Shown in pieces: positions 42,003 to 53,265 of a stretch of DNA of 64,000 bases. The notes beneath the pieces were generated by a model, which was not told the origin of the DNA, did no database searches, and saw only the letters and a list, made by a program, of their open reading frames with translations. Location of the stretch: positions 112,034,001 to 112,098,000 of the forward strand of contig NC_042998.1 in assembly GCF_006345805.1 (NCBI RefSeq), given 5' to 3'. This stretch comes from Octopus sinensis. Its lineage: Eukaryota. Numbering within the stretch: position 1 is the stretch's first letter; the number at the start of each line of letters is the position of its first letter. The position numbers and the translations under genes were made by a program.

Positions 42003-42345
42003 ATCGACCCCGGTGCGTAAATGGTACTTATTTAATCGACCCCGAAAGGATGAAAAGCAATGTGGACCCCGGCGGAATTTGAACTCAGAACGTAGCGACG
42101 GGCGAAATACCTATTTCTATTTCTTTACTACCCACAAAGAGCTAAACACAGAGAGGACAAACAAGGACAGACAAACGGATTAAGTCGATTATATCGACCC
42201 AAGTGCGTAAATGGTACTTATTTAATCGACCGCGAAAGGATGAAAAGCAAAGTCGACCTCGGCGGAATTTGAACTCAGAACGCAGCGGCGGACGAAATAC
42301 CCTTAAGCATTTCGTCCTACGTGCTAGCGACTCTGCCAGCTCGCC
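42003..42345 (-). mobile_element. SINE family B, full copy (42118-42345) followed by a repeated body (42003-42110)
   Basis: Two consecutive copies of atcgaccc..gtgcgtaaatggtacttatttaatcgacc.cgaaaggatgaaaagcaa...ggcggaatttgaactcagaacg. Confidence 0.9.
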
Positions 42346-44593
42346 GCCCTTTGTATGTTGAAATCACCGGTAAGACTATAGAAATGCTCACATTGTCGGA
42401 AACAATAGCTATACCAGTAACAGTAGTCGCAACAGTGATATAAACAGCTTCAACAGTGACCACAACAGGAGAACTAAAAGATACTATTGCTGATTGCATG
42501 TAGAAGTGGTAGCCACAGTGGTAGTAGTGACAACAGTAGTAGCAGGCAGAGAAACATGGAACTTTAGTAGGCCTGTCGAATGACAGAAAATACTCAATAT
42601 GATCAACAGAGATCGTGTAAAAAGAATACGTATCCAGAGAGGCAGAAGGGATCAAGCTAACACGGGATTGTAACCCCCAATATATTCGTTTGGTGGCATC
42701 AGCAAAAAAAGAAAAAGATCTTTTCAGCCCGAAACCTTGGATTTTCTTCTTTTCTCATAACTATATTACTAATTGCCGACACAGAGCACTTATTTCCCAA
42801 GATGCTGCAGTTTAATTTGCAAACACAAATGATGGTTGAGGGAAAAGAGAAAACTATAGTATCCTTTGATTTTTTCATCGAGTTAACTTGGAGAAAAATC
42901 CGAATTCCAGTATGTGAAATGGTTCACTAATATTTAAGTTTCAGTTTCATGTACATGTAAAATTACTAAATTTGGAAGGATTGATGTGTATGAAGTAATT
43001 TAGCGTTCTACTTCATTCCCACGCACATCAAAATATATCGTGCTTTTCCATTGTTATAAGAGAATGACCCTGCCTAGCAGATTAACCAGTCTAAATTCAC
43101 ACCCAACCAGCTTTAAAAAATAAAGACATAGTTGATAAAGAGCCTATGATGGTTACGCCTGGAAAGCCTATGACTCTCAGTTTGCTCAATGAGAGCTGAC
43201 CTGGAGCTAAATAACTACAACAGATGTGTTGCTAGTAGAAACAACTGGGGTTTCTTTCGAGTAAACGTATGGAAGACATTTTCCAAGAAAAACTTTTCAA
43301 GATAAATATCTTCTATCTTTTTCTCCCTCTCTCTCTCTTTCTCATTCACTCACATATTTCTTACCTTTCCCTGTCTCTCTTTTTCTTTTTGCCCCAACCA
43401 TGGATCTACCATGGTTGGGGTAAAATATGTGGTTTGGTGGGGGCTGTGCAAATATACATGGCTTGGTGGAGTTATGGAAACAGACATCTGCCAAAAAATG
43501 CCATGAAACACACCCTATATATCACAGCTGTTACTAAGACATTGATGTTTTTATAAGATCGTATCAGATTGAAGGGACAATGCTTATGACATTCAAAGGC
43601 TCTTTGCTGTTCAATTTGAGCATTTGTATGTCGACGTTTAAAGGAAAAGCATGCGCAGAGAAGGAATGTTATATGACTGATAAATGGAGAAAGGCTTATG
43701 CATGATGGATAATGGTGGGCCTGGATCATGAAAAGACGTGCGGCTGATAAGTCTCAGAAATAATAATGTTTTGGGTAGGTTTGGGTGGATGTGATATGTA
43801 AGTAGATGGTTAGGAGGAGCAGAGGTGATTGTAGTAGCGATAGACTCAGCATAAAGAAAGTACATCTGTTAGTGAGATATTGTAGTGTCTTGGGGAGTAA
43901 GTCTAATAATTATTAGTATGGCCATTTGAATTTGAGCTTGGATGCGTTCGAGGATGGGAGCAGAAGCGCTCTAGATACGGGTCAGTAATCCAATGATTAT
44001 CTTACCTATGCTTTGCAGAGGGTCAGTAATGACCATGGCGACATAATTTCTGGCCATAGCAACGAAAACTAGTCTTTCAGATGCTGTTTTAACTGTGGAG
44101 TCAACAGGAAAGAACACCAAGTATTTTGAAGTGATTTTAAGAGTCTTAATTGTGTTTTGTCTAAGATTAGGAAATGTGAGGCGTGTATCTCTGAAAGTGA
44201 CAAAATAATCATGAATCTATAAGAGAATTGTTTGGAAATCACTGCTCAGGGATGGAGAACAGGTTTCATTTTAGATGTCATGGTTTCATATAGATGATGC
44301 TTGTATGTAGAAGGTTGTAAGAAGCGATACAGAATATAATCTGTAGAGGAGTGGGCGTTGTGATAAATTGCTAAAGATAGTTGGAGTATTGTTAAGCATG
44401 CATGTACTCGTTCTTCTGATTTTGTTTCATTTAGCTCACCTTCATCCAACAGTGTGACAGTTTTGCTCTCGAAAGTACTAGAATTTGATTTAAAGACGAT
44501 TCATCTAAACCTGGTTTAGACGAATAAGTACCAGTTGAATCCTGGGATCAATCTAATCCCCCAAATTGCTGGCCTTGTGCCAAAACATGAAAC

Positions 44594-44715
<122 letters not shown>

Positions 44716-46253
44716 CGTTTGCCGCTACGTTCTGAGTTCAAATTCCGCCGAGGTCGACTTTCATATTTTCGGGTCGATAAAAATGAGTATCAGTCAAGCA
44801 CTGAAGTCAAAGTAATTGACTAGCTCACCTCCACCACCGCGGCCGTCGCGGTGGTGGTGGTGGTGGTGGTGGTGGCAGTGGTTACGGCAGCGGCAGCGGC
44901 GGCGTTGGTGATGGTGGTGGTGGTGGAGGTGGTGGTGGCGGCAGCAGCAGCAACAGCGCTTTGCATGAAAGTCTTTAAACTGTCAAAATATATTTTCAAA
45001 ATGACTGATTAAATTGTTGTTCTTATTGTAGTTTGCTTCTTCTGTCGTGGCATGTTGCTTCATTGCCGTAGTTACTGTCATCGTTATCATCGTAGTCGTC
45101 GTAGTTGTAGTATTCGTGGTTGTTTGTAAAGAATTCTATATAATAGACATATGTAGAACCTTTGTGTCAAGTCAAAGGAAACTAATATATTATTCAGGTA
45201 GAATGTCGTATATAATTTTATTTTATGAATAATATCAACAAACGATAAGAATACAAAGAGCAGCAACTACGAAAAGAACAAAAACAAAAACAATAAAACG
45301 AGTCAAATCATGTGCTTTAAACTGAAAGTAAATATTTGATGACTCAAAGAAGGAACAGGTACATTTTCTCATTCTTGTATAGACATTTTTCCATTAATCC
45401 ATTAATAAAAGATTATGGGGTTGGAAATCGTGAAAAATTTCGGTTATGGCAATAATACATTCAAGTGGTGATGAGCGTCACCGAGTAGGTTGTTGCTTTT
45501 GTTATTTTTGTTGCTATTGCTACTGCTGCTGCTGTTGCTGCCGCTGCTGCTGTTGCCGCAGCTGCTGCTCCTGTTGTTTAACCGCCAATTAACCTTTGTT
45601 CAGCGAAAAGATAACCAAAGATGTTCGAGCGTGATCATCTGTGTTATTTCTTGAAAAAAAAAATGTTTTAGTGGGTTAGCTAAAAGAGAAACAGCGGAAT
45701 CTGCAACTTTTTGCATGATCGCCACGACAGGATACGGAAAAAAGAAGGAAATTCTCCAGGGATCCAAATGCTAACGGCAGAGTGAGTTCCTTTAAATGCA
45801 CCCTACTATTTACCTGAGACTACATTGCTCAATGTGTTGTTAAAGACTGTAGGGTGAAAGGGAGATTTAAAATTTAATTTTATCAGATCGCTCAGTCATC
45901 TAGAGGCTTCAGGATTAGCTTATAGTCGATCACTTGGAGAGTGAGTTGTGAGTAGAGAAATATTAGCTGACATGTGGGTGTATTTTTCTGCTATGTGTTT
46001 CTCAGTTGAAGGCCAGTCATTTTGGGAAAGAGGTCAACACCACGATGTATTAGGCATTAGACTAGTCAATATTTCTCTTCTGTAAGAAATTCTCCATGTA
46101 ACTTAGCCTCGTTGTGAATGGAACTTGATAAACGGAAACCACACACACCCACACACAAATATGCATATATGTGTGTACGTATGACTACACACATACGCAC
46201 ACACACACGCACACACACACACATATATATATATAAATGCTACAAATAACGGT

Positions 46254-46456
46254 CCTTTACTGGAGCAAATATGGCTTACAGCTGTTTCCAGTAGTCATTA
46301 TATGCACATTACTGATAGGTTTACTCAATTGGTCTATCGTTCATTTTATCGATAGACCAACCTCAATTGATCGATAGACCAACCGAGTAAGCCTATCAGT
46401 AATGCACCCATAATGACTACTGGAACAGCTGTAAGCCAAATTTGCTCCAATAAAGG
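46254..46456. mobile_element. Foldback/MITE-like element (~203 bp, ~86-bp arms)
   Basis: cctttactggagcaaatatggcttacagctgtttccagtagtcatta... is inverted against ...taatgactactggaacagctgtaagccaaatttgctccaataaagg. No clear TSD. A relic of one arm is at about 19998-20051. Confidence 0.7.
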
Positions 46457-46683
46457 CATAATATGTAATGACCATAATTTTAAAGTTGTTTCTTATAAAT
46501 CACTCTGTGTAAAAACCAGTTTGTCTGGATCCCATCCATGGATTTACAATGTAGAATTGTGATGAACCCTAACCTTGGACCCTACCAAAAGATTACCTGA
46601 AGTTCTAAGTAATATTGTTAGCCGGGTATGCCAACAAAGTACGAAGTATTTTGCCCGGATTGATAATCCCTCACCAGTTGTTC

Positions 46684-46776
<93 letters not shown>

Positions 46777-46792
46777 GGATAGATGGATAGAT

Positions 46793-48270
46793 ATGTTTCT
46801 TTATTGGCCACACAGGCCTGAACACCAAGGGGACAAAATACAAAGTAGAGCTTTTTGGGGGGAAAGTAAGAAAAAAAAAGTTGGGGATAGAATTTCGATC
46901 GTGAGAAAAAGGGAGTAAGCCAATCAATAGGTATCGAGTATCACAGAAATGTCATAGTGTAAAATGGGAAATAGATTTGGTTTATTCGTGGAAAGAAAAG
47001 CCTACGGAAAAGACCACGGTAACCTCAGGCAATAATGTCATGCAAAAAACACATTACAGTAAGTGACTTTCTTTTTTTCCTTTGTTTTTCTGGTTCATAG
47101 GATTATGCTCAAGGTAGTTCCGTCACACGTGCCATCCTTGCTACATTCACCCATCTATTTTTACTAGACGAAACTTCCTTCTCTACTCTCACCTTTCACT
47201 TCAAGTGATACTTGAAGGAGTTGATGAGAAATTCACCAGATAGGAAAGTGTTTTCTCTAGACCTTTCAGACGCGTCCACCATACACATTCTTTTACCATA
47301 GCCACGAGTACAATGAAAACGGGACTTCCTTCCCGTTTCCAGGAAGGAGAACGACAATATTCACGATAGACTCGGCTGATAAACTGACTCGTCCCACACG
47401 CGATAGCAGTCGTTCGACATAGGCCCACAGGTCGGAAATGGTTGGACACTGTACGAGTGCGTGCAGAACGGTTTCGTCGCTCTGACCGTATCTCGGGCAG
47501 GTCGGCACCGTGTTTCTCGAGCCATGCCTGAAGAGCTTATCCCGAACGGATAGCGCTTCTCGATAGCACTGCCAGGCCAAGGATCTCTGGAAGTTGTCCA
47601 TAGGTCTCGGCCCGAAAGTCGTCTTAAACAGGTGGATCAGGTATTCCTCGTTGACGCCCAGGTTCGCCTCGAGGTCGTCGTCGTACCTCCCCTCCACTAA
47701 TCCCCTATAGAATGCTTTGGTTGTGTTGCAGTCGCTCAAGTTCGACCCGGGACGGCATAGAGAGCAATTTTCCCTTTCTCGGCCTATTTTTCATTCACGA
47801 CCGCAGTTCAGTCAAAGAGACGAGCTGGACGGCATGGGCTTACTTCTCCAGGTGCCAAGCCGCAAGTCCACTGACTTTTCCGGGTTGATTTTCGCTCCTG
47901 TTACTGCTTCGTAGTCTTTCAGTGTCTCGCCGACTAGCTCGAAGTCCTCCTGGCTAGACACAATGACGGTGACGTCGTCCGCGAAGGCGGACACGCTCGT
48001 CTTGCATCCCAATTCTCGTGGGATGCCCCTCAGCGTCGCCAGCTTTCGCAGTAGGGACTCGAGAGTCAATAAGTACAGAAGCGACGTGAGGGGGCATCCC
48101 TGACGGACCGAACGTGCAATGACGAAAGGTCTCGATAGATGTCCATTCGCGCGGATTACCGAACAAATGTCTCTGTACAAGGTAGCTATCCAGCTGCAGA
48201 AGACGGGATCGAAACCAGCCGCTATGAGAACAGCCTCCAAGTATCAGTGGTATACACTATCGAAAGCTAG
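46793..48270 (-). mobile_element. Tx1/L1-clade non-LTR retrotransposon, copy 1 (5'-truncated, internally deleted)
   Basis: RT motifs AFDSVYH, RQGCPLTSLLY and FADDVTV, and a zf-RVT-like CPRYGQSDETVLHAL..CP..SDLW. The 3' UTR ends AATAAA (46805-46800) GAAAC then (TATC)n. About 480 bp present in copy 2 (49292-49770) is missing. Confidence 0.9.
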
Positions 48271-50401
48271 CTTCCATTATTAACCACGCAGGGCCAAATA
48301 CAGAGGGGACAATACAATGTAGAACTTTTCTTTTCGGAAGAAAAATACGATCAAAACGGACCGAGAGCGTCTGGGACGTGTAAACAGCGAAATAGCAATG
48401 TTCCATTTATAATAGATTTTCCAAAAGGGGGAGTAAAAATGTAATACAGATTAGGTTGATCCGTGGAAAGAAAAGCGTACGAAAAAGACCACGGTAACCT
48501 CAGGCAGGGAAAGAATACCTGAGAGCAAAGTGCTCTCTGTCTCTTTTGGATTTACAGGATCATGCTCAAATTGGTTTCTTCATTCACGCGTACCACCTTC
48601 GCTACATTCACCAACCTTTTATTGAAGCCTTCATGAAACAAAGCTTCCCTCTCTATTGTCACCTTCCTTTTCAAGTGGTACTTGAAAAAGGTGATGAGCG
48701 GTTGACCAAAGAGGAAAGTGTTTGTCTCTAAACCTTTCGCACGAGTCAACCACACACATTCACCTTAGCCACCAGTGCAATGAAAACTGCCTTACCTTCT
48801 CGGTAAAATGAAGGTGTTGGGGCAATATTTACGATAGAATCAGCTGATAACCGAATTCGTCCCACGCACGAGAGCAGCCGTTTGACATAAGCCTACAGGT
48901 CTTAAATGTTTGGACATTGCACGAGTCAGTGCAGAACGATTTCGTCGCTCTGACCGTATCTCGAGCAAGTCGGTCCGGTTTCTCGAACCTTGCCTGTAGA
49001 GCTTATTTCGAACAAGTAATGTTTCCCGATAGCACTGCCAGGCCACGGATCTCTGGAAAGTGGTCGTGAAGAGGTGGGCTAGGTATTCCTCGTCGACGCC
49101 CAGGGTCTCCCCACGTACGTCGTCGCACTTCCCCTTCACTAATCCTCTATAGAATGCCTTCGTGGAATTGAAGTCACACAAGTTTGATCCCAGACGGCAG
49201 AATTGCTCGAGAACAAGGGGGTACTCGCGGTGCCATTCGTCCAGCCTCGGTCTCTGCTTTATCCACGACTGCAGTTCGGTCAAAGGGACGATTTGCAGGA
49301 AAGCGCATCTTACAAACATTGACCTCTCCTGTTCACTGTTGTCTATGAAAAGCTAGGGCTGTCGCAGTCTCAGCGAATGTCCGCGCATCATTAACCACAG
49401 CATGCCCAACCCTCCGTTTAGCGGATGTTGGCAACAAATGGGTCGCCTGATCACCGGAACGCTTCCCTTCCACAAAAAGCGGAAGAGTATGCGCTCCAGT
49501 TTTGGTCGGGACAAGGCACAACAACGGAAGAGTATGCGCTCCAGTAGGGTCGGGACAAGGCACAACAGTCAAAAGGTTAGTAGATGACGGATGCAATGTA
49601 CGCATTCTCCACCTCAGCCAAACCCTTTAGAGATAGCTTCCTCTCGGCCCATTGCTGGGTGAGACTGGCCACTCTACACGTTATCCAGTCCCAGTTTGGA
49701 GGTCCGGACCGAAACAGACCCCGAACAATTTAACCGGTCTGTCGGTCCAATGTCCCACGATGGAAACGCTGCTGGACAGCATGGGCTTGTTTCTCCATGT
49801 GCCGAGCCGTAAACCCCGTTACCGCTTCGTATTCTTTTAGTGTCTCGCCGACGTGGTCGATATGCCTATGGCTCGACACTATGACGGTGACGTCGTCTGC
49901 GTATACAGACACGCTCCTCCTGCATCCCAGTTCTCGCAATATGCCCCTCAGCGTCGCCAGCTTCCGCAGTAGTGGCTCTAGAGTCAATACATACAGAAGC
50001 GACGAGAGGTGGGGGCATCTCTGACGGACCGAACACGTGACGTTAAATGGCCTGGATAGACGGCCATTTACGCGAACTACCGAGAGGATGTCGCTGTATA
50101 AAGAAGCATCCAAGTAACAATGGTCGACCCTATCGAAAGTTTTCGAGTGATCCAAATTGATCAGCGCCTCACTCATGCCAAGTTCCTTAACTACCCTGTC
50201 TATGATGTAGCGCATCTGATGGAGGTTGTCATGGGCACTCCTGTCCGGCACGGTGTATGTTTGCGCCTTGTCGACCAGTTTCTCGATAACAAGCATCAAC
50301 CTCTCGGCTAGCACCTTGGTCAAAATCATCAGATCTGCGTTAAGCAGAGTGATGGGCCGGAAATTATCTATAACGTCCCTCTTGTTGGCTCTTTCCGACA
50401 A
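48271..50401 (-). mobile_element. Tx1/L1-clade non-LTR retrotransposon, copy 2 (5'-truncated, frameshifted)
   Basis: RT motifs DNFRPITLLNAD, HDNLH, ALINLDHSKTFDRVDH, RQRCPHLSSLLY and YADDVTV. The C-terminus KRKVTIEREAL... and the 3' UTR are homologous to copy 1 (e.g. gtggaaagaaaagc.tacg.aaa.gaccacggtaacctcaggca at 46988 and 48463). Confidence 0.9.
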
Positions 50402-50458
<57 letters not shown>

Positions 50459-50812
50459 CAGAGACAGAGAGAGAGAGAGAGAGAGATGTACGCATGCATT
50501 TAACCTGTATAGTTGATATACAAACAAGGCAAATTTAAATTTCTCCGTAGATAGAAAAAAATTATGAATAGTCTCAATAAATATTCGAGCTACAACGGGT
50601 TCTCATCACAGGTGTCCACATCAGTTTGGCCAATCTCAGGGAAACAAACAAACAGCCATTTAACGGGGTAAATCCACAGTACTACTCCACCATAAGTGCA
50701 GCTGCATGACTGAAACAAATTAAAGAATAAATGGAAAGAAAAAGGAATATATATGCAGACAGATAGACAGATAGACTGATAGACTGATAGATAGATAGAT
50801 AGATAGATAGAT

Positions 50813-50844
<32 letters not shown>

Positions 50845-50845
50845 T

Positions 50846-50937
<92 letters not shown>

Positions 50938-50955
50938 TAATCCTCTCCGTTAGCT

Positions 50956-51343
50956 TTTACATGTCTCAATCATTTGACTGCGACCATGCTGGGGCACCGC
51001 CTTAAAGAATTTTAGTTGAACGAATCGACCACAGTACTTAATTTTTAAAGCCTGGTACATATTCTATCGGTCTCTTTTGCCAAAGAGATATGTAACAGGA
51101 ACGTAAATACACCAACACCGGTTGTCAAAGCAGTGGTGAGGGACAAACAGACACAAACACATGCTCACTCACATTTGTCTACTTACGAATATATACAATA
51201 GGCTTCTTTCCGTCTACCAAATCCACTTACAATGCTTTGTTCAGCCCGAGGCTATAGAGAAAGACACCCAAGGTGTCATGCAGTGGGACCGAACCCGGAA
51301 CTAAGTGGCTGAGAAGCGAACCGCCTACCACACAGCCACACCT
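50956..51343 (-). mobile_element. tRNA-headed SINE, family A, near full length
   Basis: The minus strand begins gtggctgtgtggtag...ttccgggttcggtccc (A/B-box-like), has central cttgggtgtctttctctatagcctcgggc, and a 3' block ...cggtgccccagcatggtcgcagtcaaatga shared with the copies at 1.1 and 1.4 kb. Confidence 0.85.
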
Positions 51344-51433
51344 ATACAACACACAGACATACGCACGCGCGCGCGCACGTACGCACGCACACAGACATAC
51401 ATAGGTGCATACATACATACATACATACATACA

Positions 51434-51483
<50 letters not shown>

Positions 51484-51854
51484 AATCAAAATGAGGGTGA
51501 ACAATTGCATATTAATTTTATAACAACAATTTAAACACCAGTGGTCAAGCATATAAAAGGCTGAGATTCAGTAAATAGTATTTTATACATAAATATAAGA
51601 GGTAACCACTATGTGGGAACCCTTACGATAGAAAGAGATCCGCTATGGTCTCAACCACTAAGAATTGTTCTCCAGAAAATTTAGCCCACCAGAAACGTAA
51701 GTGAGCAAGACAAATGAAAAGTAACAAAAAAATATAGATTAATCACAAACAATTGTTTCACTATCAATAAATTACGTAATTTTACTTACACAACTTGTCT
51801 GTAGATCGTCAGTGTGATCCTCTTTGCAAGATATAATTTGTAGAACTACACGCC
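51484..51854 (-). mobile_element. Second PLE-like terminal fragment carrying a hammerhead
   Basis: A 370-bp non-microsatellite block bounded on both sides by (TA)n. It contains the hammerhead at 51741-51819 and is unrelated in sequence to the palindrome arms. Confidence 0.55.
51741..51819 (-). ncRNA. Second-family minimal type I hammerhead ribozyme motif
   Basis: The minus strand reads GAUCACA-CUGACGA-UCUAC...GAUAGU-GAAAC-AAUU-GU-U-UGUGAUU. This gives a 7-bp stem I (6 Watson-Crick pairs plus one GU), an intact core, palindromic stem III ACAAUUGU and cleavage triplet GUU. Stem II is degenerate (CUA/UAG with a U.U at its base). Confidence 0.7.
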
Positions 51855-51855
51855 A

Positions 51856-51886
<31 letters not shown>

Positions 51887-51993
51887 TCGGGGTGAGTACT
51901 TGATAATTATAAGCACCTGTGTATACCATTTGGTGGTGTAGGTGGTGGAGTAAATTGATCAAAATAAAATAAAAACATGATGCGAAGGATTCA

Positions 51994-52071
51994 GCGGTAC
52001 ATATGTTTCGGGCCTTTATTAGACAGATTTATAACAATGCATAATGTATGTCTGTGGCCTTCTTCAGCCGC
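51994..52071 (-). ncRNA. Minimal type I hammerhead ribozyme motif (left arm of palindrome)
   Basis: Exact reverse complement of 52338-52415. The predicted cleavage site is 3' of position 51998 on the minus strand. Confidence 0.75.
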
Positions 52072-52337
52072 GCACAACAGCTTCCACAAGGACATGTGTT
52101 ACATCAAAAATTCTTGGTTGGGGATGCAAATCCTCTCATTCGCGTACGACATAATGCGGCAGCAGCATAGAATTGAAGCGTCCATCTCTTTCTTCTCTCA
52201 ATGTACATTGAGAGAAGAAAGAGATGGACGCTTCAATTCTATGCTGCCGCCGCATTATGTCGTACGCGAATGAGAGGATTTGCATCCCCAACCAAGAATT
52301 TTTGATGTAACACATGTCCTTGTGGAAGCTGTTGTGC

Positions 52338-52415
52338 GCGGCTGAAGAAGGCCACAGACATACATTATGCATTGTTATAAATCTGTCTAATAAAGGCCCG
52401 AAACATATGTACCGC
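52338..52415 (+). ncRNA. Minimal type I hammerhead ribozyme motif (right arm of palindrome)
   Basis: Stem I is GCGG(52338-41)/CCGC(52412-15). The core is CUGAAGA (52342-48). Stem II is GGCC/GGCC plus ACAGA/UCUGU, followed by GAAA (52400-03). Stem III is the palindrome ACAUAUGU, with cleavage triplet GUA (52409-11). The base of stem II is non-canonical (an extra A and an extra C). Confidence 0.75.
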
Positions 52416-53094
52416 TGAATCCTTCGCATCATGTTTTTATTTTATTTTGATCAATATATATATATATATATATATCTTCGTCATACAGTATATTATAGAT
52501 TATGGCTTATAACTGGTCCGGATGTTACTATCGGTTTCGCTTGGAACATTGCCACTAGACAATATTGACATCGTGACCAGTTATATCCCATAACCTGTAA
52601 TATACTGCTTGACGGTAAATATGTAATTCCAGTTTAGCATTTTTGATTGACCAGAACTATAATGAAAATGCTCAAACTTTAGTCTGCCCACTTTTGTTTT
52701 CAGGTACAGTATATCAGGGACGTTATCTAAAATGTTATTCTCATTTCTTTTTCTTTAAGAAGAAAGAATACGATTTGAGGAAGTTTTGGCTGTAGTTTCT
52801 AACAGATCAGAATAACTTTTTATGGACTCGACCAACGGTATGTTGACTTGGAGAGTGTGTGCTTACTCCTGTGCTTTCGCTTTCTATGAGCAATTCAACC
52901 TGTGTGATAAATTATATGGTATACATAAAGTAAGATATACAGTTAATTAAATATAAGAAAAATATTGACAATAGAGACAAAACGTAAAGAAGATCTCTCA
53001 CTAGAAAATATAAAAATAAAATCTAACAAAAAAATCACCTAGAAAAGCTTGTTTTTGAATGTACGATACCAATTTGCCTTATGCTTTTATTTAT

Positions 53095-53265
53095 CTCTAG
53101 GTCAGCAGTGTCCCAGGAGATCTATGATCAAATACTTTCTAGTCGTGACTAATCTATCAGTGTATCTCTAAGGTTACATGGTCTTATCATTTTATAAAGA
53201 CAACAGGGTGTGACTTGGTTGATATTTCTAGTAGTCGAGTGACCGCTGAAAGGCTTTCTCATGTA
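53095..53265 (+). repeat. Old two-block dispersed repeat (family E), representative copy
   Basis: A block resembling agggtgtgatttgaggg..tttggctgctatttctagcagNtcga...gtagaagct recurs at about 3250-3315, 7395-7470(-), 17820-17885, 22540-22590, 24215-24275(-), 31322-31385(-), 33340-33390, 33560-33620, 52775-52820 and 54500-54565(-). Confidence 0.55.

Larger units (their letters stand above)
51881..52455. mobile_element. Penelope-like element (PLE) terminal fragments in head-to-head inverted arrangement
   Basis: Perfect inverted repeat 51954-52455. Each arm starts with a short ORF end (TLREERDGRFNSMLPPHYVVRE-stop) loosely resembling PLE GIY-YIG C-termini, followed by a hammerhead. Both outer ends run into (TA)n. 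The PLE assignment rests on the established PLE-hammerhead association. Confidence 0.6.
51954..52455. repeat. 502-bp spacer-less DNA palindrome (251-bp arms, 1 mismatch)
   Basis: The centre is ...ctctcaatgt|acattgagag... between 52204 and 52205. Positions pair with coordinate sum 104409 out to 51954/52455, and the only mismatch found is 52161/52248. The two near-identical ORFs in the track (51977..52273 + and 52136..52432 -) reflect this. Confidence 0.97.

Noticed and set aside
43640-44450. Possible decayed LINE ORF1/gag-like region on the minus strand (RCYG..CRHGH-like fragment)
   Set aside because: Cys/His spacing is too degenerate to assign.
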